A stretch of DNA of 64,000 bases from an uncultured Treponemataceae bacterium. Lineage in GTDB: Bacteria; Spirochaetota; Spirochaetia; Treponematales; UBA12059. The stretch lies in NCBI GenBank assembly GCA_964576835.1, contig CAZNXK010000002.1:13789-77788 (forward strand), given 5' to 3'. The notes beneath the pieces were generated by a model. The model searched no databases. It saw only the letters and a program-made list of their open reading frames with translations, and had not been told where the DNA came from. Position numbers and translations under genes: made by a program. Shown piece by piece: positions 44,595 through 53,230 of the stretch; the stretch's first letter is position 1; each line of letters opens with the position of its first letter.

Positions 44595-45872
44595 ATGAAT
44601 TATTCAGACCCGACGAAGCTAGGTCTCTTGGCCTGCCCAGGAGGCGAGCGTTTCGCGGAACAAGTCGTCCGTCGCCTCGCCACCATCTACCGGCATCGTT
44701 TCGAGCGCAAGGTCCAGGTGATGGCCGACCGCTACCACATTTCCAGGGAACTGGTCACCCGCAAGATCAACTTCGCCAATGATGTTCATTCGTCTCTCCT
44801 GACCATCCCCGGGAACGTCAACGAGTACCGGGCGCCGCGGTTCAAGGTCAACGCTCACTATACCTGGTTCCCCAACGGAGAGGTGAAAGCCGAGATACTC
44901 GATTCGGTGCGCGGCAAAGACCTGTACATCTTCCAGGACGTCGAGAACCGCCAGCCGTGCAAGTTCAACGACGGACGGGACGAACGCATCCTGTCGGTCA
45001 ACGACCATATCTTCAACCTGCTCGTCACAGTCGATGCCGCTATCCAGGCAGGCGCCGAGCGCATCACCCTCGTGATGCCCGCCTATCCCTATTCGAGGCA
45101 GCACAAGAAAAAAGGCCGCGAAGGGCTGACGGCTGCCAGGCTCGGACAGATTTTCGAGAATTACGGCATCTCCCGCATCATCACCCTCGACATTCACTCG
45201 CGTGAAATAGAGAACTGCTTCAACAAGCTGCGCCTCGAAAACCTGCACGCCTCGTACCAGGTCATAGAGAAGCTCGCCGGCATCATAGACGTCAGCGACG
45301 AGAACCTCGTCGTGCTGTCCCCTGACACGGGAGCGGTCGACCGTAACAAGTTCTATGCGAGCACGCTACAGAAACCGCTTGCCCTGCTGTACAAGGAGCG
45401 CGACTACTCCAAGGTGACCAAGGACGCCAACGACTCGAACATCACGGAAATGAAGTTGCTCGGCGACATCCGCGGCAAGATGGTCTTCATGGCCGACGAC
45501 ATGCTCGGCACCGGAGGCACCCTCCTCAAGGCGATGAGCTACCTCAAGGACCAGGGCGCGACAAAGGTGATCTGCGCCGTATCGCTGCCCCTGTTTTCGG
45601 CGACCGCCATCGACGACTTCGACAAGGCGTACCGCGAGGGATTGTTCTTCAGGATCATCGGCACCAACGCGGTACACCACAACGAATTGCTCAAGAAGGA
45701 ATGGTACATCGAGGCCGACGTGACCACGCTGTTCGCGCAGATCATATCCCTCCTGCACCATAGCCGCAGCCTGTCGCCGATGCTCGACAACCGCGCGATC
45801 ATCGCCAAGAAGATAAACAAGACGATGGCCGCGCAGGCTACCCACGCGCACCAGCCGTCCCTCCCGCTCTGA
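44595..45872 (+). CDS. prs: Ribose-phosphate pyrophosphokinase (long-form PRPP synthetase)
   Basis: Has LVMPAYPYSRQHKK, ITLDIHS and the PRPP-binding loop VFMADDMLGTGGTL. The ATG at 44595 is chosen. A candidate promoter TTGACC-17-TATCCT lies at 44535-44563. Confidence 0.85.
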   Translation: MNYSDPTKLGLLACPGGERFAEQVVRRLATIYRHRFERKVQVMADRYHISRELVTRKINFANDVHSSLLTIPGNVNEYRAPRFKVNAHYTWFPNGEVKAEILDSVRGKDLYIFQDVENRQPCKFNDGRDERILSVNDHIFNLLVTVDAAIQAGAERITLVMPAYPYSRQHKKKGREGLTAARLGQIFENYGISRIITLDIHSREIENCFNKLRLENLHASYQVIEKLAGIIDVSDENLVVLSPDTGAVDRNKFYASTLQKPLALLYKERDYSKVTKDANDSNITEMKLLGDIRGKMVFMADDMLGTGGTLLKAMSYLKDQGATKVICAVSLPLFSATAIDDFDKAYREGLFFRIIGTNAVHHNELLKKEWYIEADVTTLFAQIISLLHHSRSLSPMLDNRAIIAKKINKTMAAQATHAHQPSLPL

Positions 45873-45874
45873 AC

Positions 45875-46564
45875 GTGACCCTCTACCGGCTACCGGAGCG
45901 TATAGGCGCTTTTCTCCTGGATATTGACGGCACGATGTACACGAATGACGCGTACGTACGATTCCAGTCGGAAATCCTGATCGCCGAACTGGCGCGGATC
46001 CGCGGCGTGCCGTACGAATCGGCGGCCGCGGAGGTGGAGCGCGTCCGGGCCGGGTACGCCGTTGCGCACGGCGGCGCGGCGACCAGCCTTGGCAACTCGA
46101 TGGCGTCCCTCGGAATCGACATAGCCGCCAGCGTCGAATTGCGGCGCCGGCTGATAGATCCGTCCAGTTTCCTTTCGGCCGACCCCGAGCTTCGCCGGGC
46201 GCTTGCCGCCCTCGCCGCGGATCCCTCAGGCGCAGGGAATACGGCCTCGCTTCTCGCGGTCACCAACAATCCCCGCTCGGTCGGCGAGGCCACGCTGGAA
46301 GCGCTCGGCGTCCGCGACCTCTTCCTGCGCGTCATCGGCCTCGACGATACCATGCTGTCCAAGCCGGCGCCGGAACCGTACCTGCTGGCCGCCTCCGTCG
46401 CCGGGCTCGATCCAGCCTCATGCGTCTCTATTGGCGACCGCTACGACGTCGACCTTGCCGTGCCTCTGGAAATCGGCATGGGCGCAATCCTCGTCGACGG
46501 TGTAGAAGATGTATACGCTCTACCAGCCGCACTCGCTTCATTGCATCGATCCGCCGCGAAATAG
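45875..46564 (+). CDS. HAD-superfamily hydrolase
   Basis: Motif I is FLLDIDGTMY (DxDGT), motif II LLAVTNN and motif IV SIGDRYDVDL. GTG start 3 nt after the prs stop. Confidence 0.8.
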   Translation: MTLYRLPERIGAFLLDIDGTMYTNDAYVRFQSEILIAELARIRGVPYESAAAEVERVRAGYAVAHGGAATSLGNSMASLGIDIAASVELRRRLIDPSSFLSADPELRRALAALAADPSGAGNTASLLAVTNNPRSVGEATLEALGVRDLFLRVIGLDDTMLSKPAPEPYLLAASVAGLDPASCVSIGDRYDVDLAVPLEIGMGAILVDGVEDVYALPAALASLHRSAAK

Positions 46565-46646
46565 GCGTTTATGCATTCTGGCCGCACCGCAGGAAACCTC
46601 TTCGATCCCGTGAAATCAAGGAAGTCCCCGATGCCCCCCTCGAACA

Positions 46647-46749
46647 GGACCCGAAAGGGTCCGTAAGCCCGAAGTTAAGCGGCGAGCGCGTAGCGCGAGA
46701 CCGCTTGAATTCGGGTCGGCAAATGCGGCCCCAAGGGTCCGCATTTGCC
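46647..46749. other. Array of three consecutive strong hairpins in a convergent spacer (terminator(s) or structured RNA)
   Basis: H1 is GGACCC-GAAA-GGGTCC (46647-46662, GNRA loop). H2 is CCCGAAGTTAAGCGG...CCGCTTGAATTCGGG (46668-46715, 13/15 bp with an apical CGCG-TAG-CGCG). H3 is GGCAAATGCGGCCCC-AA-GGGTCCGCATTTGCC (46718-46749) and abuts the Na/Pi gene stop. Confidence 0.45.
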
Positions 46750-48401
46750 TATTTGAGCTCCCGGAGGGCGTGCGCTACACCATAGGCATGGTCGCCGATC
46801 TTTTCGATATGTCTGACAACGTCCATGAACAGGAGTTCCGACTTGACGTCGGCGCCGGTCTGCAGGCGCTTCCTCGACTTTTTCCTGAGGGTGCTGCGGA
46901 AGTCGTCTATCTTGTCCTCAAGCTCCCCGGCTACCGCCAGCTCTTCCTCGCTGATGTTCCGGTTGATGTTCTCCTGGACAAAACGGAGGAAATCCTCGAC
47001 GAGCAGCGTGTAGGGTACGAGGCTGTCTATCTCGGCCTTGTCGAGCGCGAGCTTGCGCGTCGTGGCCTTTTCCAGGAGCAGCACGAGGCTGAAACAGTCA
47101 TCGGTAACGTCCTCGAGGTCGACGACCATGCGCAGCATGATGCCTATCTCGCGCTGGCTGTTGGCGCTCAGATCGTGGCCCGCGCAGTCAAGCAGGAACC
47201 GCGACAGCTCGTCGCGCATCTGGTCGGCGTAGTCTTCCATCGACGTGAACGACTCCACCTCCTCCGTCAGGTCATCAGGCCTGAGCCTGAGTAATTCCCG
47301 CCAGCGGCCGAACATGGTATTGCAAAGCCCTGCCATGTCGGATATTTCCTTCTGCGCGCGCATCAGGTTGAGCTCCGGGCTGTTCATCAGGGGAGCCGCG
47401 ATGTATTCGAGCTTGTGTGGCAAGGCGTCTTCGCCCGGCCTCGGCTTGATGAAATGCGATACCAAGCCGGCGAAACGTGCAGTGAAGGGAGCGAACAGCA
47501 TCGCGTTGACAAGGTTGAAGACCGTATGCATCATCGCGATGTGCTGGGCTATTGTCGAACCGCCCGCGAGCAGGTTGACCAGCGACAGGAAGGGTTTGAA
47601 CAGGATCACCGCCCACACTGAACCGAAAACATTGAAGAGGATGTGTATCCATGCGGCGCGTCTGGCATTCGTCCTCGCGCCGATGGACGCGAGGAACGCG
47701 TCGATGGTCGTGCCGATATTGCAGCCGAGCACCAGGCCGGCTGCCATCTCGAAACCGATGACGCCTTCCACCGCGAGCGTAATGACGATTGCGGTCGATG
47801 CGCTCGACGAGTGCACCAGAACGGTCAGGATGGTACCGGTCGCCACGGCGATCAGGATTGAAAGGATTCCTAGATCCGATACGCTGGCCAGAAAACGGAC
47901 GATATCCGCGGATGGCCTGGGGATCGCGTGGGCAAGGAAATCCAGGCCCAGGAACAGGAGCCCGAAACCGATAGCCGTCTCGCCGTAGTCCCGCAGTCGC
48001 GATTTCTGGCTGGAGCTCATCATCATGATGAAGCCGAGCCCTATCATAGGCAGCGCCAGCGCCGAGATCTGGAATTTGAAGCCGATGAGCGACACTATCC
48101 ACGCGGTGACCGTCGTGCCGATGTTGGCTCCGAAAATCACGCCCGCTGACTGGACGACAGTCAGGAGGCCGGCATTGACGAAGGACACGACCATGACGGT
48201 GGTGGCAGACGACGACTGGATGATCGCGGTTATGCCCAGACCCGTCAACAGTGCCTTGAACGTATTACCGGTCATCAGGTTGAGTGTGCGCTTCAGTCCG
48301 TCTCCGGCGGCGCGCTGTATCCCGTCCGACAATATCTTCATGCCGTACAGGAACAGCCCCAGCGAGCCGACGAGTTCTATCAGTATCAGTGCGGTTTTCA
48401 T
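46749..48401 (-). CDS. Na+/phosphate cotransporter family protein with C-terminal PhoU-like domain
   Basis: 550 aa with duplicated Na_Pi_cotrans motifs (QSSSATTVM...GANIGTT; HSSSASTAIV...GCNIGTT). The C-terminal helical part has RHIEKIGDHAYGVAHAL (PhoU-like). Confidence 0.88.
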   Translation of the reverse strand: MKTALILIELVGSLGLFLYGMKILSDGIQRAAGDGLKRTLNLMTGNTFKALLTGLGITAIIQSSSATTVMVVSFVNAGLLTVVQSAGVIFGANIGTTVTAWIVSLIGFKFQISALALPMIGLGFIMMMSSSQKSRLRDYGETAIGFGLLFLGLDFLAHAIPRPSADIVRFLASVSDLGILSILIAVATGTILTVLVHSSSASTAIVITLAVEGVIGFEMAAGLVLGCNIGTTIDAFLASIGARTNARRAAWIHILFNVFGSVWAVILFKPFLSLVNLLAGGSTIAQHIAMMHTVFNLVNAMLFAPFTARFAGLVSHFIKPRPGEDALPHKLEYIAAPLMNSPELNLMRAQKEISDMAGLCNTMFGRWRELLRLRPDDLTEEVESFTSMEDYADQMRDELSRFLLDCAGHDLSANSQREIGIMLRMVVDLEDVTDDCFSLVLLLEKATTRKLALDKAEIDSLVPYTLLVEDFLRFVQENINRNISEEELAVAGELEDKIDDFRSTLRKKSRKRLQTGADVKSELLFMDVVRHIEKIGDHAYGVAHALRELK

Positions 48402-48489
48402 TGGCTACCTTATAGCGCAGAATCGCCGAAGTTGGAAAGACCGTATGCGAGCCTGTCTGTTTGACGCCGGGACGCGGTATACTCGAGGC

Positions 48490-49308
48490 ATGAATTTCAA
48501 TCGATTTGCCTTGTTCACCACGGTGGCTCTCGCGGCTGTCATGGCCACGGTCCCGGCTACCGCGACTCCATCGGCCTCCGCGCCGCTTGCCTCCTGGATC
48601 GACCCGGCCATCGCCGCCAGGCTTCTCGCCGGCGAAGCGATGCGGGCATCGTCTGCGGGCAGGTCGGCGGCGCCTTCACTTGCGCCCAGGCACCCTTCCG
48701 CCGCCAGCGCGGGCGCCGCCCTCGCGGCAGAAGCCCCGGACGTGATAGTCGAGGCTCTGTTCCTGTGGAAAAAGCCGCGCGCAGTCGAAACCGCGGCAGG
48801 GGCGCTCGCTGTCTACAACGTACTCAGGGCTGTTGGCAGCCTGCAGGGCCTGGAATACTGGTCCGCAAGCAGGGGTCGTATGAGGCTGCTGTACGAATAT
48901 TCGAGCCTGATCGCCGGGCTGGATGACCCGACGCCGGTCCGTGACACGCGACTTCCGGCATTGCCGGCGAATGCCGAAACCCTCTTCGCGAGGCAGAAGG
49001 ACCTGTCGTTCGGCGACAACATCTACAGGGTATCGCTGTCGACCGGGCCAGGCTACACCGCCCAGCACTCGACCAACCTGACGGGCATGCGCTATGGCAT
49101 AGTGCCGGTAGCCGCGCCCGGCGTGGTAAACGTACGACTCCTCGTCATCGATGTCGACGAGGGGCTGATATTCTACACAATTTCGAGCGCAAAGGCCGCG
49201 GTATTGCCCGGTATCAGGGCAAAACTGGAATCGTCTTTCGGCAACCGGGCCGAAGCCGTGTACAGCTGGTTCTCCCGTGAGCTCGCGAAAGCCTGGCCCG
49301 CACGCTGA
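48490..49308 (+). CDS. Secreted hypothetical protein
   Basis: 272 aa with signal peptide MNFNRFALFTTVALAAVMATVPATA. The ATG at 48490 is chosen within track ORF 48025..49308, whose upstream part is antisense to the transporter. TATACT lies 6 nt upstream of the ATG. Confidence 0.6.
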   Translation: MNFNRFALFTTVALAAVMATVPATATPSASAPLASWIDPAIAARLLAGEAMRASSAGRSAAPSLAPRHPSAASAGAALAAEAPDVIVEALFLWKKPRAVETAAGALAVYNVLRAVGSLQGLEYWSASRGRMRLLYEYSSLIAGLDDPTPVRDTRLPALPANAETLFARQKDLSFGDNIYRVSLSTGPGYTAQHSTNLTGMRYGIVPVAAPGVVNVRLLVIDVDEGLIFYTISSAKAAVLPGIRAKLESSFGNRAEAVYSWFSRELAKAWPAR

Positions 49309-49341
49309 CGGTCGCCGGCGGGTGACCGGAGACGACGGAGA

Positions 49342-51000
49342 CTATATCAGCGGTTCGACGTCCGCGGCCTCATCCAGCGCTGCGCCCGGTGCGGCCGGAT
49401 ACCCGGGAGCGTCCGCCATCGGCGGCGCGGCCACCGAGTCGGCCGGCTTGATGAACGCGAAGTTTTTCATGATACGCACGAAGGTGTCGGTCTTGCGGCG
49501 GCTTTCATTCAGCGTCGCGAGAATTTCCTTGTTGCGGACGCCTCCAAGGCTTCTGATGTTGGTCACGAGTTCCGGGCTCGGCTTTTTGTAATCCGCCAGG
49601 AGTTCTCCGAGCGTCTCGGACAGCATCTGGAACAAGCCCGTCTCGTCCTCGCAGATCTCGCGCGCCTTGTAATTGATCTCGTCCACTATCTTGGACAGGA
49701 ACGGCATGATGTCCTTCCCGTGTCTCATCTCCTCGACATAGCGCCTGACCGCGGGCACGCTTACCCGGGTATTGCCCTTGAGGCCTTCCTCGAATGAATC
49801 GATGCGGCCTCCGGTCCTGTCGCACTGGTACAGGATGTTCGCGAGGCTGTTCTGGAAATTCTTGCTGTCGAAATAGCCCTCGACCAGGATCTTCTTTACG
49901 GTTTCCTTGATCTGCGTTTCGAAAACGCCCCTGACGAAGGTCTTGAGTATTCCCATGGGCTTGACGTGGGTAAATCCGCTGGGACTCTCGCGCCTGAGGT
50001 ACGAGTCATTGTCCTCGTTGTATCCATCGAGCGCCAGCACCTCGGTTCCGCCGAACAAGTCCTGTATGTCCATCGAGACGGCATTCTCGTGCCGCTCCCG
50101 CAGGAGGCGCTCGCGGTCGCGCTCGTACTGCGTGACCAGGCGTTTGCGGTATTCGTCGATATAGTCGACTCGTTCACGGCGCAGGTCCGGTTCGTGGATG
50201 GGATCGCGCTTGGTCAGGCGGATGAGGGCAAGCAGGTTGTCGCTCGACAGCCGGTAGAGGAGGATCTTGTTGAGTGTCGAAAAGAGCTTGGTGATCTTCC
50301 CCGCCTGGCTGGCCGCGGTGGCAGGAGCATGCCGCTCGAAGACGCGCATCGTCTTGGCCAACAGCGGTTCCGAGAACGAGAATCCGATGAGAAGGTAATA
50401 TGCGTCTATGAGTTCCGGGAGAACCTGCTCGCCGTCGCAGGCCTGGAAATCCGGTCTGTAGCGCGAATCGTCGATGCTGGCGCCAGGATCGAAGAAACCG
50501 AGCATACGCTCCCAGTCATGCCTGCATACCTCGATGAATCGGCTGACCTCGTGGAGGTCTATGTTCAGAGTCCCGTTCGACAGATAATCGACACTCTTGA
50601 GGAAACGCAGGAAATCGCGGCCGATGGCCTCCTGCTCCTCGTCTTCCTTGACGGCATTCTCTATCCGTGCCTTCATTCCGTCGTAGACGAAGCTTTCCTT
50701 CCTGACCAGTTCGTCGGCAGGCAACTCCAGGTCGATGAGATAATCGAAGTACCGTCGGGAAACACGCAGGTCGGGGTGCGCGAGCGTCCTGTCGGCCAGG
50801 TCCATGAGCGGTTTCAGCGCCTGGCAGAAAAGGTACAGATCCTGCGCGAAGCCCGGCATGACGAGGTTGTTCTTGAAGCGGTAATACGGCGGCTTTATAT
50901 GCGCGACGATGGAATAAATGCGCTTGAGTTCGCCTTTTGCGCCAACGTCGAAGCCGAGGAGTCCGCGGAAAAAGCCTATCACGGCTTGAAGGATGCCCAT
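49342..51000 (-). CDS. Large conserved-looking hypothetical protein (552 aa), cytoplasmic, helical
   Basis: Long ORF with coding-like composition. The N-terminus is amphipathic (MGILQAVIGFFRGLLGF) and the C-terminal tail is acidic and Pro/Ala-rich. No motif recognised. Confidence 0.75.
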   Translation of the reverse strand: MGILQAVIGFFRGLLGFDVGAKGELKRIYSIVAHIKPPYYRFKNNLVMPGFAQDLYLFCQALKPLMDLADRTLAHPDLRVSRRYFDYLIDLELPADELVRKESFVYDGMKARIENAVKEDEEQEAIGRDFLRFLKSVDYLSNGTLNIDLHEVSRFIEVCRHDWERMLGFFDPGASIDDSRYRPDFQACDGEQVLPELIDAYYLLIGFSFSEPLLAKTMRVFERHAPATAASQAGKITKLFSTLNKILLYRLSSDNLLALIRLTKRDPIHEPDLRRERVDYIDEYRKRLVTQYERDRERLLRERHENAVSMDIQDLFGGTEVLALDGYNEDNDSYLRRESPSGFTHVKPMGILKTFVRGVFETQIKETVKKILVEGYFDSKNFQNSLANILYQCDRTGGRIDSFEEGLKGNTRVSVPAVRRYVEEMRHGKDIMPFLSKIVDEINYKAREICEDETGLFQMLSETLGELLADYKKPSPELVTNIRSLGGVRNKEILATLNESRRKTDTFVRIMKNFAFIKPADSVAAPPMADAPGYPAAPGAALDEAADVEPLI

Positions 51001-51050
51001 TGGCGTTTATTCTATGTCAGGAAGGCCGCAGGAGCAAGCGCCGGGCAAGG

Positions 51051-51530
51051 CTACGCCCTTTTCGCTTCCATGAACAGGTAGTCGTCGCCGCGCCCCGCCT
51101 CGCCACGGTAAAATCCGGCACGAGCGGCACCGGTCAAAAGGGACCGGTGCGCATAGACAGGAGCGCCTGTCGCTACGGCCAGCGCAAGCGCGTCCGATGG
51201 CCGGACATCGCGCGTCCAGGTCCGCAGGCCCTTGCCGTATTCCATCCTGGCCAGGAAGCCATCCTCGTCGGTTCCATACAGACCGTAGAGTTCGACGCGG
51301 CGTATAGACAGGCCTTGCTCCCTTAAAACCTGCGCCATGAGGTCGTGGGTCAGTGGTCTGGGTGTCGAGATCCCCTCGAGTTCAAGAAGGATGGCACCGG
51401 CCTCCGCCGCTCCGACGGCGATGCAGCATTCGCCGGGTCCGCATTCTTCCTCGAGGATGACGACAGGGGCGGCTTCCTCGGATGGCATGGCCACTCCCTT
51501 GACTCGGACACGCAGCATATCTTCATTCAT
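51051..51530 (-). CDS. Bifunctional nuclease (BFN/DUF151) family protein
   Basis: 159 aa, with PVVILEEECG...IAVGAAEAGAILLELEGISTPRPLTHDLM...VRPSDALALAVATGAPVY, the typical BFN domain pattern. Confidence 0.85.
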   Translation of the reverse strand: MNEDMLRVRVKGVAMPSEEAAPVVILEEECGPGECCIAVGAAEAGAILLELEGISTPRPLTHDLMAQVLREQGLSIRRVELYGLYGTDEDGFLARMEYGKGLRTWTRDVRPSDALALAVATGAPVYAHRSLLTGAARAGFYRGEAGRGDDYLFMEAKRA

Positions 51531-51624
51531 GAAAATTAGTATATTCCATAAACTTGGTAATTCATGCCAAATCGAGCTCTTCCTTGACTACCGCGCAAGC
51601 CCGCGAGTACACTTCCTTTCGATC

Positions 51625-52074
51625 ATGAGGCGTATACCACTGTATTTCATATGCGCGGGCATCGAGCTCGCCCGATACTTCTCGCTTGTCCAGGCTGCCG
51701 GATCTTTCGCGGCAGCTTCGCCGTCGGCACCCCAGGTGCTCCGCCTCGTCGCGTCGCCGAACGCCCTGTTCGCCGTCGCCTTCTTCTTCCTCGGCTTCGA
51801 CGGCGATAGATACGACTCGTACCGACCCCTGCTGATAGTGGGCAAGCTGGTCGTCCTGTTTTCAGGCATCATGGCCCTTCCGCGGCTGTTCGGCCTCGGC
51901 GGTTCGCCCGAGCCATCCATGGCCGCGACCTTCACGATACTCGGCATCGCCGTATGGGACGCGGCATCGGTGGCGATTCTCTGGTTCAAGCGCCGCCCGA
52001 CTCCCGCCGGCGGCGCGGCGCCGGCCGAGGGACAGCCTGCCGCGAGCGAACCGGAACTCGTGGAGCTCGACTGA
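51625..52074 (+). CDS. Small membrane protein, hypothetical
   Basis: 149 aa with 3-4 hydrophobic segments (ALFAVAFFFLGF, LLIVGKLVVLFSGIMAL, TFTILGIAVWDAASVAILWF). It ends 1 nt before the MinD/ParA start. The ATG at 51625 is chosen inside track ORF 51337..52074. Confidence 0.55.
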   Translation: MRRIPLYFICAGIELARYFSLVQAAGSFAAASPSAPQVLRLVASPNALFAVAFFFLGFDGDRYDSYRPLLIVGKLVVLFSGIMALPRLFGLGGSPEPSMAATFTILGIAVWDAASVAILWFKRRPTPAGGAAPAEGQPAASEPELVELD

Positions 52075-52075
52075 C

Positions 52076-53221
52076 ATGCGGATATTACCGGTCGCCAGCG
52101 GCAAGGGCGGTGTCGGAAAGTCGCTCGTCTGCGCCAACCTGTCGATAGCCCTGGCACAGGCCGGCAAGCGGGTCGTGCTTGCCGACCTCGACCTGGGCTC
52201 ATCGAACCTGCACCTGATGCTCGGCTTCAACGTTCCAAGGCACGGGCTCGGAACCTACCTGTCGGGGGCCAAGGTGCGCTTCGACGACATCATCTACGAT
52301 ACCGATTACCAGAACCTGCGGTTCATACCCGGAGACGCGGAAATACCAGGGCTCGCCAATATCTCCTACAGGCAGAAGACCCAGCTGGCCAGGCATCTCA
52401 TCGCCATCGAAGACACCGACTACCTGGTGCTCGACCTCGGCGCCGGTACCGGCTCGAACATCCTCGACTTCTTCCTTCTGTCCGGCAGAGGGCTCCTCGT
52501 CACGGCACCGACGCTGCCGGCCACGCTCAACGCATACCTGTTCCTCAAGAACGCGGTCTTCAGGCTGATGTGGGACAGCTTCAAACCCCGCTCGAAAGCC
52601 CGCGCCTTGCTGGAGTCGCTGAAGAAAGACGGAGCGTCGCTCCAGCGGGCATACATCCCTGAAATACTCGGCCGCGTGACCGAGATCGACCCGGCCAGCC
52701 GCTCCGCCTTCGACATGCGCATGTCCAAATTCCAGCCCCGCCTCATCCTCAACATGCTTGAGGATCCCAAGGACGCCGACAAGGCGCAGAAGATCAGGCG
52801 CTCGTGCCTGGAATACCTGGGGATGGACCTCGAGCACCTCGGCATCATCTACCGCGACGACCTCCAGGACGTGGCGCTCGGCAGCCGCATCCCCATCATC
52901 AGGTACAAGCCCCAATCGGTGCTTTCGCAGGCCATCTACCGGATAGCGGACAAGCTTGTCTCATCGGAGGGTGAGGAAGATGCCTTCCTCGACCCGGAAT
53001 ATCTGGACGACAGCTACGGCGCCGCGGACACCGAGGCCAACGTCGATTTCGAAGCCAAGATGGACTACGTCGAAGAACTGCTCTCCAGCGGCGCGCTGAC
53101 CCAGGGGGATCTTGTCGAGACGGTGCGCATGCAGCAGTACGAGATCAGCCAGCTGCGCAAGGAAAACCAGTTCCTCAAGTCGAAGATGGCCAAGGCCCTG
53201 TCCCAGGGTTTCAAGGTCTAG
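52076..53221 (+). CDS. MinD/ParA-family ATPase (FlhG/YlxH-like) with C-terminal coiled-coil extension
   Basis: Deviant Walker A ASGKGGVGKS and Walker B YLVLDLGAG. The ~120-aa C-terminal extension ends in a possible amphipathic helix, KMAKALSQGFKV. Confidence 0.88.
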   Translation: MRILPVASGKGGVGKSLVCANLSIALAQAGKRVVLADLDLGSSNLHLMLGFNVPRHGLGTYLSGAKVRFDDIIYDTDYQNLRFIPGDAEIPGLANISYRQKTQLARHLIAIEDTDYLVLDLGAGTGSNILDFFLLSGRGLLVTAPTLPATLNAYLFLKNAVFRLMWDSFKPRSKARALLESLKKDGASLQRAYIPEILGRVTEIDPASRSAFDMRMSKFQPRLILNMLEDPKDADKAQKIRRSCLEYLGMDLEHLGIIYRDDLQDVALGSRIPIIRYKPQSVLSQAIYRIADKLVSSEGEEDAFLDPEYLDDSYGAADTEANVDFEAKMDYVEELLSSGALTQGDLVETVRMQQYEISQLRKENQFLKSKMAKALSQGFKV

Positions 53222-53230
53222 GACCAGGAT

